Shown here: positions 10,666-19,209 of the stretch, piece by piece
How the letters are laid out: the number at the start of each line of letters is the position of its first letter
Position numbering within the stretch: the first letter of the stretch is position 1
DNA from: an archaeon
GTDB taxonomy: Archaea > Asgardarchaeota > Thorarchaeia > Thorarchaeales > Thorarchaeaceae
Assembly (NCBI GenBank): GCA_024276825.1
Contig: JAJRWI010000044.1
Coordinates: forward strand, 25,823-89,822
Direction of reading: 5' to 3'
DNA length: 64,000 nucleotides
The notes under the pieces: model-generated
Seen by the model: only the letters and a program-made list of their open reading frames with translations
Database searches by the model: none
What the model was told of the DNA's origin: nothing
Position numbers and translations under genes: made by a program

Positions 10666-12587
10666 TGCTGAACCGAGAAGAATCCCTCAAAGCGATCTCT
10701 GACTAGTCCTGGATCATCTGGCACGACCTCAGTGACCTCCCTCAACCACAAGGGCATGAACCTCTGAAGGTACATCGACGCAAATCGCTGATCCAGAAGA
10801 ATTATTGCCCCCCTGTCCTCAAGTCTTCTCACTGGCCTGCCAGCAGCCTGAACTGCTCGGGTCATTGCAGGCATCACATAGGCATATTCCTGTCCCTTCC
10901 CATTAAACCGCTTGTTATAATAATCTATCAATGACTTAGTACTATGAGTTGGTCTTGCATATGGGACTCCCACAACAATCACACTGTTCATTGTACTGCC
11001 AGGAAAATCGCCCCCCTCTGAGTTTCGCCCTCCCTGTACTCCAAGCAAGACGGCCCCTTCACCCTCGCCCATTTTCTTGTATTCTTCAATTAACCTGTCA
11101 TTCTCCGAGGTCTTCATCCCTTGTTTTTCAATGTACAACTTTTTTGCTAGCCGTTCTTCAAGTCCAGCACTCAACAGAGATTTTGCAACTGAATAACTTG
11201 CTGCGAATATTCCCGTATTGCCCGGAGTTGTGTGCGCAGCAGCCACACAAATATCGACCATGTGTTTGAAAGTTCTAGATGTTCTATTGTTTAGTGAGGT
11301 GTCAAGTCCCTGAATGACAAGGCCCAGCCGATTACTGAGTGCAAATGGACTCTGGAACCGCCTTTTAATGGCTGTGGGTTTAAGGCCTAGCATCTCGGAA
11401 TATGCATCAATTGGGCTTATTGTACCTGAAACAGCAACTGTGCTATGAACCGAGCGTAGTATCTTGTTAGTGACGTTAGTTGGATCCAATGCAATGATGT
11501 CTAACGACAATCTTCCCTTATTCGTCCTACCTGAAGATAGAACAAATGTGTAGTCATTACGGTCAGTAAAGTGTAACCACTTTACCATGAACTCACCAAC
11601 TCTGTGAATTGCTGATCTGGGAGTCTTTCCTGCTCTTAACAGACTCTTTTGAATGGTCTTCCCTAGCTTCTGCATGTGTGGGATTGGTTGTGCTGCGCAC
11701 TCAGCCCCGAGCTTTGTTGCAATTGCATTGTAGACCTCTCTTGGGTTGACTGGAATCTCTTCCTCTGACTGTTTTTCGGACAACTCCAGAATATGTCTTG
11801 CAAGCCCTTTACAAAACTGTCGTGAAGTGGCATCATTATATGTACTAGCCTCCTTAATTGCTGCTCTGATTGTTCCAATTGTCAGAGAATCACTAGCAGA
11901 GTCCAACGCTGTGGCAGGCACATTATGAGCTTCATCTTGAACCACTACTATCTTTGAAAGAGGGACATCTAGCTCAGGAATGAAGGTTTCCAGAATGAAA
12001 GGATCAAAGATATAAAGATAGGACAATGCTACCACATCCACAACCTTAGCCAACTGCTTTGCGAGTTCGTATGGGCAGTACCCCCTAATCCTTCCTATTT
12101 TCACTATATCCGGCGCAGTCATGACTCTGAAGGGCATATCTTCCAGAAGGTCCTCAGGGTTTCCTGCTATCCTCACATTGTCGTAATAATCACACTTTCC
12201 TGAGCTCTTGAGGTGGCTGCATATCTCACTTACAGGAGCAAGACTCCCTGCATTGCTTAACAAGAACTCATTAAGGCACATATGTGCCCTCCCACGAAAT
12301 GATACTCCAGTCACATCCTGTTTCTCTGATATCTCCAACAATTCCTCTACTACCCTGTCAAGTTGCCTATGAGTTCTCGCACAGTAGAGAATCTTTCCAT
12401 CATTCTCCTTGATCCATGGAAGCACTCCACACAGGGTCACACAGGTCTTTCCAAAACCATTTGGCGCTTCAATACACACTTCTACACCCTGTCTTGTGCC
12501 CTGTTCAATCACACTCATCATTTCATACTGCCCATCTCTACTCTGTGCATATGGGAAGAAATCCTTTGCATTGAATCTGTCGGGCAT
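10662..12587 (-). CDS. xpd: XPD/Rad3/DinG family Fe-S DNA helicase
   Basis: Q motif, EAPNGFGKT, Fe-S cysteines (HMCLN, CSHL..CDYY, CPYE), QDEAHN, SEGGDF, QAAGRPVR. Confidence 0.92.
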   Translation of the reverse strand: MPDRFNAKDFFPYAQSRDGQYEMMSVIEQGTRQGVEVCIEAPNGFGKTCVTLCGVLPWIKENDGKILYCARTHRQLDRVVEELLEISEKQDVTGVSFRGRAHMCLNEFLLSNAGSLAPVSEICSHLKSSGKCDYYDNVRIAGNPEDLLEDMPFRVMTAPDIVKIGRIRGYCPYELAKQLAKVVDVVALSYLYIFDPFILETFIPELDVPLSKIVVVQDEAHNVPATALDSASDSLTIGTIRAAIKEASTYNDATSRQFCKGLARHILELSEKQSEEEIPVNPREVYNAIATKLGAECAAQPIPHMQKLGKTIQKSLLRAGKTPRSAIHRVGEFMVKWLHFTDRNDYTFVLSSGRTNKGRLSLDIIALDPTNVTNKILRSVHSTVAVSGTISPIDAYSEMLGLKPTAIKRRFQSPFALSNRLGLVIQGLDTSLNNRTSRTFKHMVDICVAAAHTTPGNTGIFAASYSVAKSLLSAGLEERLAKKLYIEKQGMKTSENDRLIEEYKKMGEGEGAVLLGVQGGRNSEGGDFPGSTMNSVIVVGVPYARPTHSTKSLIDYYNKRFNGKGQEYAYVMPAMTRAVQAAGRPVRRLEDRGAIILLDQRFASMYLQRFMPLWLREVTEVVPDDPGLVRDRFEGFFSVQH

Positions 12588-12683
12588 AAGAACTCCATCT
12601 CGATTTCAAGAATAAAACCTTGATAATGCTGTTGTTCTGCTCTAGATTTATTACTATGAACACACTACTGCAACTGGCGAACA

Positions 12684-13031
12684 GTGTTGGAATTGGATGA
12701 TATCACTGAATTCGAGTCCGATTTACTCAGCGGACATATCAAGGTCCGAATCATTGACATGGATAATGGTCTGTTAGTCATGATCACTGATTCTGACAAA
12801 TTCAAACTTGGAGTTACCTCACTAGCGATTCCCTCAAGACCTGGCATGGACACACCAGTTTCCAGTGGAATATTTAGCCCCGGTTCTGATGATACCATGG
12901 TCAGAACAATTGCAGAAAGAATCAGTGCATGGACAAAGCGACCCTGTCTACTTGTAGTTCATGCAAAGAGCAAAGACCGAGAGTTCATGGTAGGAATACT
13001 CACTCTTCTTAAGAATCAGCTTCTGCAATAA
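12684..13031 (+). CDS. Putative proteasome assembly chaperone 4 (PAC4/PSMG4)-like protein
   Basis: Size and pattern (LGVTSLAIP...SSGIF...IAERIS..TKRPCLL) resemble the PAC4 fold; recognised by eye only. Confidence 0.55.
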   Translation: MLELDDITEFESDLLSGHIKVRIIDMDNGLLVMITDSDKFKLGVTSLAIPSRPGMDTPVSSGIFSPGSDDTMVRTIAERISAWTKRPCLLVVHAKSKDREFMVGILTLLKNQLLQ

Positions 13032-13242
13032 GATACTCAATCAGCTCTTTCACCCATCTTCCTGTTTCATCCAGTGCTTGAACCCTTTTCAGATAATCCT
13101 CCCAGCGAATGCCCAATGCTTGTTTCCAGTGTTCAAATGCACTCTTCAGGTTGTCCATTGCCCTACTATGATACTCACAGTATTTTCCTGATTCCACTTT
13201 TGGCCTGCCACAGACAGGGCACTCACACACTCCACTCTCCAT
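13009..13242 (-). CDS. Small Zn-finger protein coupled to topA
   Basis: CPVC...YCEYH Cys/His knuckle; start overlaps the topA stop. Confidence 0.6.
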   Translation of the reverse strand: MESGVCECPVCGRPKVESGKYCEYHSRAMDNLKSAFEHWKQALGIRWEDYLKRVQALDETGRWVKELIEYLIAEADS

Positions 13243-15376
13243 TGTTTACACCTGACCTTCTTCTCTTCTTATCTAAGACTTTCAGATCTTCGGCTCTTCC
13301 AAGACATTTGGTCCAGTTAACACATGTTTCCCATGTCCTTCTGGAAACAATCTTTATCATCTGATGACCACAGAAGGGACACTCCTTTTGAAGGGGCACA
13401 ATCCTCCCCTTTTGCGGTAAGGGGAATGTCTGATCACACTTCTTGTCCCTGTAATTAGAGCACCCTATGAACCGTTTTCCAGTCTTGGGTGACTGGATTA
13501 TCATCAGAGTGCCATCCTCACACTTTGGACATGGGCCAATCACCTCCTTCTCTCGCCAGTATCTTCTCAGGCCATTTATCAGTGAAGCTCCTATCATTTC
13601 CTCCTTTGACTTGAAATCGTCCAGTATAATTGCAAGATCCCTCCTTGCTTTGGAGAGGACTTCATTACGAGTTCTCACTCCCTTCTGAATAGCCTCCATT
13701 TCCAACTCTAAATGTCTTGTCATATCCACGGAGAGCACTTGCGGTGCATACTGTTTCAAGGTTTCATAAACAGCATAACCCAATGTTGAGAGCTCAAAAT
13801 TATCGCCAATCGTGTATCCCCGCGATTTCAAAGAATCAATTATCGATGACCTAGTGGCTTTGGTTCCTAGGTTCTCACGTTCGAGCTTTTTCAACAGGCT
13901 AGAATGATTGTATCGTGCTGGTGGTGATGTGTATTGTTCATCTGCTGAAACATGAATCAGTTGTAATTCAGCATCCTCTGAAATCACAGGAATAATTACT
14001 TCTTTGGAATAGGCATAAGGAGAATAGTATTCCATCCACCCTCTCTCAATTATTCGCAAACCCCTAAGGAAGAGACCATGACCACCACACTCCAAATCCA
14101 CCCTCATGCTGGCTTTTTTGCTAGGCTTACCAAATAGAGCAAAGAATCGCTTTACGATGAGATCGAACAGCTTTCTCTCAGTTTGTGTCAATCTCCTTGT
14201 TGGTCGTTCCCCTGTGGGGTGAATTGCGGGGTGGGCCGGGTCATCTCTCTCTCCTTGGACTGGTTTGAGTTCTTCTCTCAGAATCTGTCGTGCAATCCCT
14301 TTGTAACTCCTCATGGATGATAGTCCGGTGAGTATTGCCTTGAGATCTATGGTTTTGGGAATCTTCTGACTGTTGGTTCGTGGATATGAAATCAGTGCAT
14401 CTAAGTATAACTTCTGAGCAATAGCAAGGGTCTTGCTTGGCTTGTATCTAAACAGTCTGTATGCCTCTGTCTGCAACCCGCTAAGATTGAACGGCACAGG
14501 CGGGGGTTGAGTGATGATACTCTCTCTCACAGACTTGACGGTTGCATATTTGTCTTGTAAATCGCTGACGATTGAGTCAGCAGTACTCTTGCATATGACT
14601 CTCTTCTTCTGATACTCAATCTTGAACTCATGTCCGTCATGACTCCCGATGATGTTTATAATCCAAAAAGGAATGGGGACAAACAGATTAGTGTCAATAT
14701 TTCTCTCTGCCACAAAGGCGAGACTGGGGCCTTGAACGCGTCCTGTGGACACGATCTTGAACCAGCCAGATACATTTTTGATTGCTAGCGTCAGAGCTCT
14801 TGTCAAATTAATCCCATAGAGCCAATCAATCTCATGCCTTACTTGACCTGCCTCAATCATTGGGAAATCAAGAGTTGGTGATACTTTATCAAACGCACTT
14901 TCGAGTTCTACCTTCGTAAGTGTGGAAAACAACATCCTCTGGGCTTGATTAGGGTCTGTCTTGCATGCATATTTGAGAGTTAGATATCCAATAAGACTAC
15001 CCTCTATGTCATAATCTGTTGCAACAACAAACCGATCGATTTCTTTTGAAAGGCGTGAGATGAGCTGAATGATTCTCTTGATGTTTGTTGCCTTCTTGTC
15101 CACTTCGTATTTGGGAACCCATTCCATATCCATTTTTGGATAATTCCACCCTTTCTCAGTCTGTTTGAGTTCATAGAGATGTCCTAGAGCGTACACAACG
15201 ACAAGCGAGTCACCACCTCGGTAACATTCAAAATAGGAGATCTTCTCCTTTTTCGTTTCTTTTGGACTTCCCTGTTCATCCAGCGCCATTGCTATCTTTC
15301 TTGCAGCTGTTGGCTTCTCTGAAATGATCATTACTTTAGACAATTTATCTCGCCTCGCCTTGGTACAAATGCTCAT
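13223..15376 (-). CDS. topA: Type IA DNA topoisomerase (archaeal TopA/TopoIII)
   Basis: ISEKP TOPRIM, ATDYDIEG, STGRVQGP, LISYPRT (catalytic Tyr), LGTKATR, C-terminal Zn ribbons. Confidence 0.96.
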   Translation of the reverse strand: MSICTKARRDKLSKVMIISEKPTAARKIAMALDEQGSPKETKKEKISYFECYRGGDSLVVVYALGHLYELKQTEKGWNYPKMDMEWVPKYEVDKKATNIKRIIQLISRLSKEIDRFVVATDYDIEGSLIGYLTLKYACKTDPNQAQRMLFSTLTKVELESAFDKVSPTLDFPMIEAGQVRHEIDWLYGINLTRALTLAIKNVSGWFKIVSTGRVQGPSLAFVAERNIDTNLFVPIPFWIINIIGSHDGHEFKIEYQKKRVICKSTADSIVSDLQDKYATVKSVRESIITQPPPVPFNLSGLQTEAYRLFRYKPSKTLAIAQKLYLDALISYPRTNSQKIPKTIDLKAILTGLSSMRSYKGIARQILREELKPVQGERDDPAHPAIHPTGERPTRRLTQTERKLFDLIVKRFFALFGKPSKKASMRVDLECGGHGLFLRGLRIIERGWMEYYSPYAYSKEVIIPVISEDAELQLIHVSADEQYTSPPARYNHSSLLKKLERENLGTKATRSSIIDSLKSRGYTIGDNFELSTLGYAVYETLKQYAPQVLSVDMTRHLELEMEAIQKGVRTRNEVLSKARRDLAIILDDFKSKEEMIGASLINGLRRYWREKEVIGPCPKCEDGTLMIIQSPKTGKRFIGCSNYRDKKCDQTFPLPQKGRIVPLQKECPFCGHQMIKIVSRRTWETCVNWTKCLGRAEDLKVLDKKRRRSGVNNGEWSV

Positions 15377-15429
15377 ACCACGATAGTCTTAAAAGCAGAC
15401 CGCAAAACACACGACTAGAGGTTTTAGAT

Positions 15430-15855
15430 ATGAAACCATGGTGGCCTAATATCATCATTAAACCAAAGGTCAGACTTGCAAGACCCAGATTTAAGTCGCT
15501 CTCACGACCTCCAGACTTTATACTGTTTGGCCTCTTAATGATAGCAGTATTCTTCGTACTTGGTGGCAACATATACTCACTAGTAAAGACTCCTCCTGCC
15601 ATTGCTGGGGGACCAGATGGGTCACCAATCCTGATTGCCCCAGGCATTGATTATCAACTTGGAATGGAGGGCATTGTTGCCTCTGTTGCAATGCTCACTG
15701 GCACAATAGGTCTTGGAATCATCTACTACTCATCAAAATATGTGTTTCAGCCGACTTATGCAACTCGTCTGCTTATCCTTGGCATAATAATGAGTGGTGT
15801 GGCCTTTCTAATTCTAGGCTACTTCTTTGGAGTCAAGCTGAGGCTATTCCAGTAG
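15430..15855 (+). CDS. Oligosaccharyltransferase accessory subunit, OSTC/DC2 (OST3/6 C-terminal)-like
   Basis: Three TM helices; GGNIYSLVKTPP...QLGMEGIVAS..GTIGL parallels eukaryotic OSTC GGIIYDVIVEPP...QYIMEGLASS..GGLG. Confidence 0.78.
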   Translation: MKPWWPNIIIKPKVRLARPRFKSLSRPPDFILFGLLMIAVFFVLGGNIYSLVKTPPAIAGGPDGSPILIAPGIDYQLGMEGIVASVAMLTGTIGLGIIYYSSKYVFQPTYATRLLILGIIMSGVAFLILGYFFGVKLRLFQ

Positions 15856-15865
15856 CACAATTCAC

Positions 15866-16579
15866 CTAGACTATGAGGGAAACGGGAAGTTTTCCTCGCA
15901 GTCTAAGATCACTAATCAGCCTTTTGGCTATCACAAGCTTCTTCCTCTTTCTTTCATTTGCCAAGAAGTCGTCATTATGCTCTGGCTTCGACCAATGTCC
16001 CACGATGTTTCCAAAGTCCATTCCAAGCAGAATGACACTTTTAGGATGATAGTGGGATGCAATATAGCACGCCCTGTCACCGTCTGTGAATCCCCCCCAA
16101 AGATGCACATTACCAACTGGCTCAACCTGTGTGCTGCCCAAAACGTCACCTAGGTCTGGTACAACCGATTTTATCTTACTGATATTATCGCCATGGGCAT
16201 GGATTATACCAAGTGCTCCCTCTTCCATCATTTTACGAATATCTTCAATTTTCCCATCAAGGTCTGAAACAATGATATCGCAGATCATATCCCTCTCGAT
16301 AAATGCGGTGGTTGCACCATCTGCCGCAATGAAGGCTCTCCTCTTATTGATCCCCTCATTTTTAATCCAGTCTAGGCCTTTTCCCAATGATGGACCCGCC
16401 CCACAAATGACGATATCTTTCCCCTCTATATTTGACTTTAGTCTGCTCAGTAATACTGCTGTTTCTATATGTTCGATCAACATACTAAGAACTTTAGTGG
16501 CTCTTCTGTCCTCAGAAGGATTCAGGTTCAATTCCTGAACAATCTCAAAATATAGCGGTTGCCATTCTTCCCATCTCAA
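15866..16579 (-). CDS. mptE: 6-hydroxymethyl-7,8-dihydropterin pyrophosphokinase (archaeal MptE)
   Basis: GAGPSL, AADGAT, VSDLDG, HAHGDN, GGFTDGDRA, GMDFG; overlaps folP. Confidence 0.9.
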   Translation of the reverse strand: MRWEEWQPLYFEIVQELNLNPSEDRRATKVLSMLIEHIETAVLLSRLKSNIEGKDIVICGAGPSLGKGLDWIKNEGINKRRAFIAADGATTAFIERDMICDIIVSDLDGKIEDIRKMMEEGALGIIHAHGDNISKIKSVVPDLGDVLGSTQVEPVGNVHLWGGFTDGDRACYIASHYHPKSVILLGMDFGNIVGHWSKPEHNDDFLANERKRKKLVIAKRLISDLRLRGKLPVSLIV

Positions 16580-17415
16580 TTAGGATCACCATCTCTTCTG
16601 AGTGCCTCACCAATCATTGATGCTATCTTTGCCTCTCTTACATCATGTGCTCTGATCATATGTGCCCCATTCACAACAGCTATTGCAGTGGCAGCAATTG
16701 TGCCCTCAAGTCTGTCTGCAGGGTCCGGCTGATTCAATAATGATCCGATGAATGCTTTTCGAGACACGCCTATCAAGACTGGTTGTTCAAACATCAAAAA
16801 CCTCTCAAGATGACTAATGATGGCGAAGTCGACCCCTGGGGGTCTTCCAAAGCCTATCCCTGGATCAACGATTATCTTGTCCCTGTCTATTCCCCCTTCA
16901 ACTGCTCGTTGTATACCAACACCAATCACTTCTATTGTTTGGCCCATACTCGAGCAGGGTCCTCCACACTCAGCCATTATTATCACTGGGACCCCCCTGT
17001 CTGCTACAAGCCTGATCATCCTGTCATCCTTTAGTCCTGATACATCGTTTACAAGTTGTGCCCCCATGTTAAGAGCAATCTCAGCAACAATAGGAGACCT
17101 TGTATCTATTGAAACCGGTAGAGTCGTGTTATCACATATAATCTTCATGTATTGTCTGACCCGCTCAATCTCTGTCTTCACCGAAACTGCACGGTCCCCA
17201 TAATAGTTACTAGGAGCTGTGGATGCAGCACCAACATCAATAATGTCTGCCCCCTCCTTCTCCATCTTCTCTAATATATCTGGAATCACCCACTTGTCAT
17301 CAGCGACAGAGCCCACATAAAACGACTCGGGTGAGAGATTAATGACTCCCATGATTCGTACTGGGTTATGACCTCCAATTCTTGTGTTACCAATGGTTAT
17401 GATATGGCTCTTCAC
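16576..17415 (-). CDS. folP: Dihydropteroate synthase
   Basis: IMGVINLSPESF, GADIIDVG, SIDT, NDVSG, DPGIGFG, GVSRKAFIG, RAHDV. Confidence 0.95.
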   Translation of the reverse strand: MKSHIITIGNTRIGGHNPVRIMGVINLSPESFYVGSVADDKWVIPDILEKMEKEGADIIDVGAASTAPSNYYGDRAVSVKTEIERVRQYMKIICDNTTLPVSIDTRSPIVAEIALNMGAQLVNDVSGLKDDRMIRLVADRGVPVIIMAECGGPCSSMGQTIEVIGVGIQRAVEGGIDRDKIIVDPGIGFGRPPGVDFAIISHLERFLMFEQPVLIGVSRKAFIGSLLNQPDPADRLEGTIAATAIAVVNGAHMIRAHDVREAKIASMIGEALRRDGDPN

Positions 17416-17499
17416 CTGCCCTTACCTCGATGTTTGTGGTCAGATAGAAGGAAATAAAATCTTGGTATATTGTCAAAGCCCAGCTCAAAGGTGAATAAA

Positions 17500-18648
17500 A
17501 TGACTGACAGCCTCGAACGAACACACCTGTTTGAATGGCACAAGTCCAATGGTGATGTGATACCATTTGCTGGCTGGGAGATGCCAGTAAGATATTCCGA
17601 TATCAGGACTGAACACATGACAGTACGAGATCATGTGGGAATATTTGATACTACCCACATGAGGCGTTTCTGGATAACAGGTCCTCAATCTCTAGAGTTT
17701 CTTCAGTACCTGACAACTAATAACGTGAGAAAACTGAGCGTTAATGGTGGACACTATTCAACCTGTCTAAATGAACATGGCGGGACTCGCGACGATCTCA
17801 TGTTATATCGTGTTGGTGAGAATGAGTATGTCTGGGTCACAAATGCCAGTAATGGCGAGAAGATCTGGGAACATTTAAACAAGCATGCATCGAAATTTGA
17901 TGTTCATGTGAATGACCGGTCCAAAGAGGTTGTCATGATTGCAGTTCAAGGACCGAAAGCACTGGCTCTATTGTCAAAGTTGGCTGGTCGTGATGTGAGC
18001 GATCTTCCGCGATTCAGCTGTAACAGAATCGACCTTGCAGGTCGTGATTGCTACTTATGTCGAACTGGATATACTGGTGAAGATGGCGGTGAGATTCTCC
18101 TACTGGACACTCCATTCACTGACACTGGCAAGAAGAAGGCAATTGCATTCTGGGAAGAGATACTCAAACAAGGCGAAGAGTTCAATGTAACACCCTGTGG
18201 TCTTGGAGCACGTGACTCACTTCGTCTTGAGGCTGGTCTTGTTTTATATGGACATGAATTAAATGAAGACACATCACCTATCGAGGCCGGAATACCCTAT
18301 GCTGTGAAGTTTAAGGTGGATCCCCACTACATTGGCTATGATGTGGTAAGAAGCCACAAGAAGGAGGGCACAATCAGAAAGACACGAATCGGTCTTATCA
18401 TGATTGATAAAGGTATTCCTAGACAGGGTTATTCAATACTCCTCAAGGGCGAGAATGTCGGCGAAGTGACAAGTGGAGGCATGTCTCCTATACTGCACAA
18501 TGGCATTGCTCTTGGCTTTGTGAAGCCCAATATAGTTGAGATTGATGATGTGGTAGAGATCGATATTAAGGGCAGAATTCGTAAGGCTCGCGTGTCAAAT
18601 TGGCCATTCTATGACACCGATAAATATGGTGACAGGAGAGTTGAATAA
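17500..18648 (+). CDS. gcvT: Glycine cleavage system T protein (aminomethyltransferase)
   Basis: FAGWEMPVRY, FDTTHM, RTGYTGEDGGE, GLGARDSLRLEAG. ATG 17500 preferred over the upstream TTG. Confidence 0.95.
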   Translation: MTDSLERTHLFEWHKSNGDVIPFAGWEMPVRYSDIRTEHMTVRDHVGIFDTTHMRRFWITGPQSLEFLQYLTTNNVRKLSVNGGHYSTCLNEHGGTRDDLMLYRVGENEYVWVTNASNGEKIWEHLNKHASKFDVHVNDRSKEVVMIAVQGPKALALLSKLAGRDVSDLPRFSCNRIDLAGRDCYLCRTGYTGEDGGEILLLDTPFTDTGKKKAIAFWEEILKQGEEFNVTPCGLGARDSLRLEAGLVLYGHELNEDTSPIEAGIPYAVKFKVDPHYIGYDVVRSHKKEGTIRKTRIGLIMIDKGIPRQGYSILLKGENVGEVTSGGMSPILHNGIALGFVKPNIVEIDDVVEIDIKGRIRKARVSNWPFYDTDKYGDRRVE

Positions 18649-18660
18649 CTCCCAAAGGGA

Positions 18661-18666
18661 TTTATA
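18661..18666 (+). promoter_or_regulatory. Probable TATA box for gcvH
   Basis: TTTATA preceded by purine-rich AAAGGGA (BRE-like), about 40 nt before the ATG. Confidence 0.45.
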
Positions 18667-18702
18667 GGATAATAACTCAGAATCTAGTGCTGGTGGACTC
18701 CC

Positions 18703-19104
18703 ATGTCTGAAGGAAAAAACGTTATCGAAGGGCTATATTATAGCAAGGACCACGAGTGGGTCAAGGTTGAATCAGATGATTTGGTAATTATTGGAATCAC
18801 GGACTTCGCACAACACTCACTCCATGAGATAACCTATGTTGAAGTTTCGGAAGTGGGAACAACACTAAATGCAGGTGACGAATGTGGACTTGTGGAGTCC
18901 ATGAAGGCCTCATCTGAGATATTCACCCCCCTTTCTGGAGAAGTCATTGAGGTCAACCCTGCTCTAGAACTGTCACCTGAAGTGGTCAACGAGTCACCCT
19001 ACGATAAGGGCTGGCTGATGAAAATGAAGCCCTCAAATCTGCAAGAAGAGATTGCATCACTCATGGATGCCAAAGCATATAGTGACTACATCGACTCTCT
19101 CTAG
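18703..19104 (+). CDS. gcvH: Glycine cleavage system H protein (lipoyl carrier)
   Basis: YSKDHEWV, GITDFAQ, VESMKA (lipoyl Lys), VNESPYDKGWL. Confidence 0.96.
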   Translation: MSEGKNVIEGLYYSKDHEWVKVESDDLVIIGITDFAQHSLHEITYVEVSEVGTTLNAGDECGLVESMKASSEIFTPLSGEVIEVNPALELSPEVVNESPYDKGWLMKMKPSNLQEEIASLMDAKAYSDYIDSL

Positions 19105-19209
19105 ATAGCAATGATGTAAAGACTCGCTGTACATCATTACAACCAACAGCAACCTTTTTAGCGGAACCAAGATTGACTCGGATGAAATGAGTCAAAAGGA
19201 GCCCTACCT

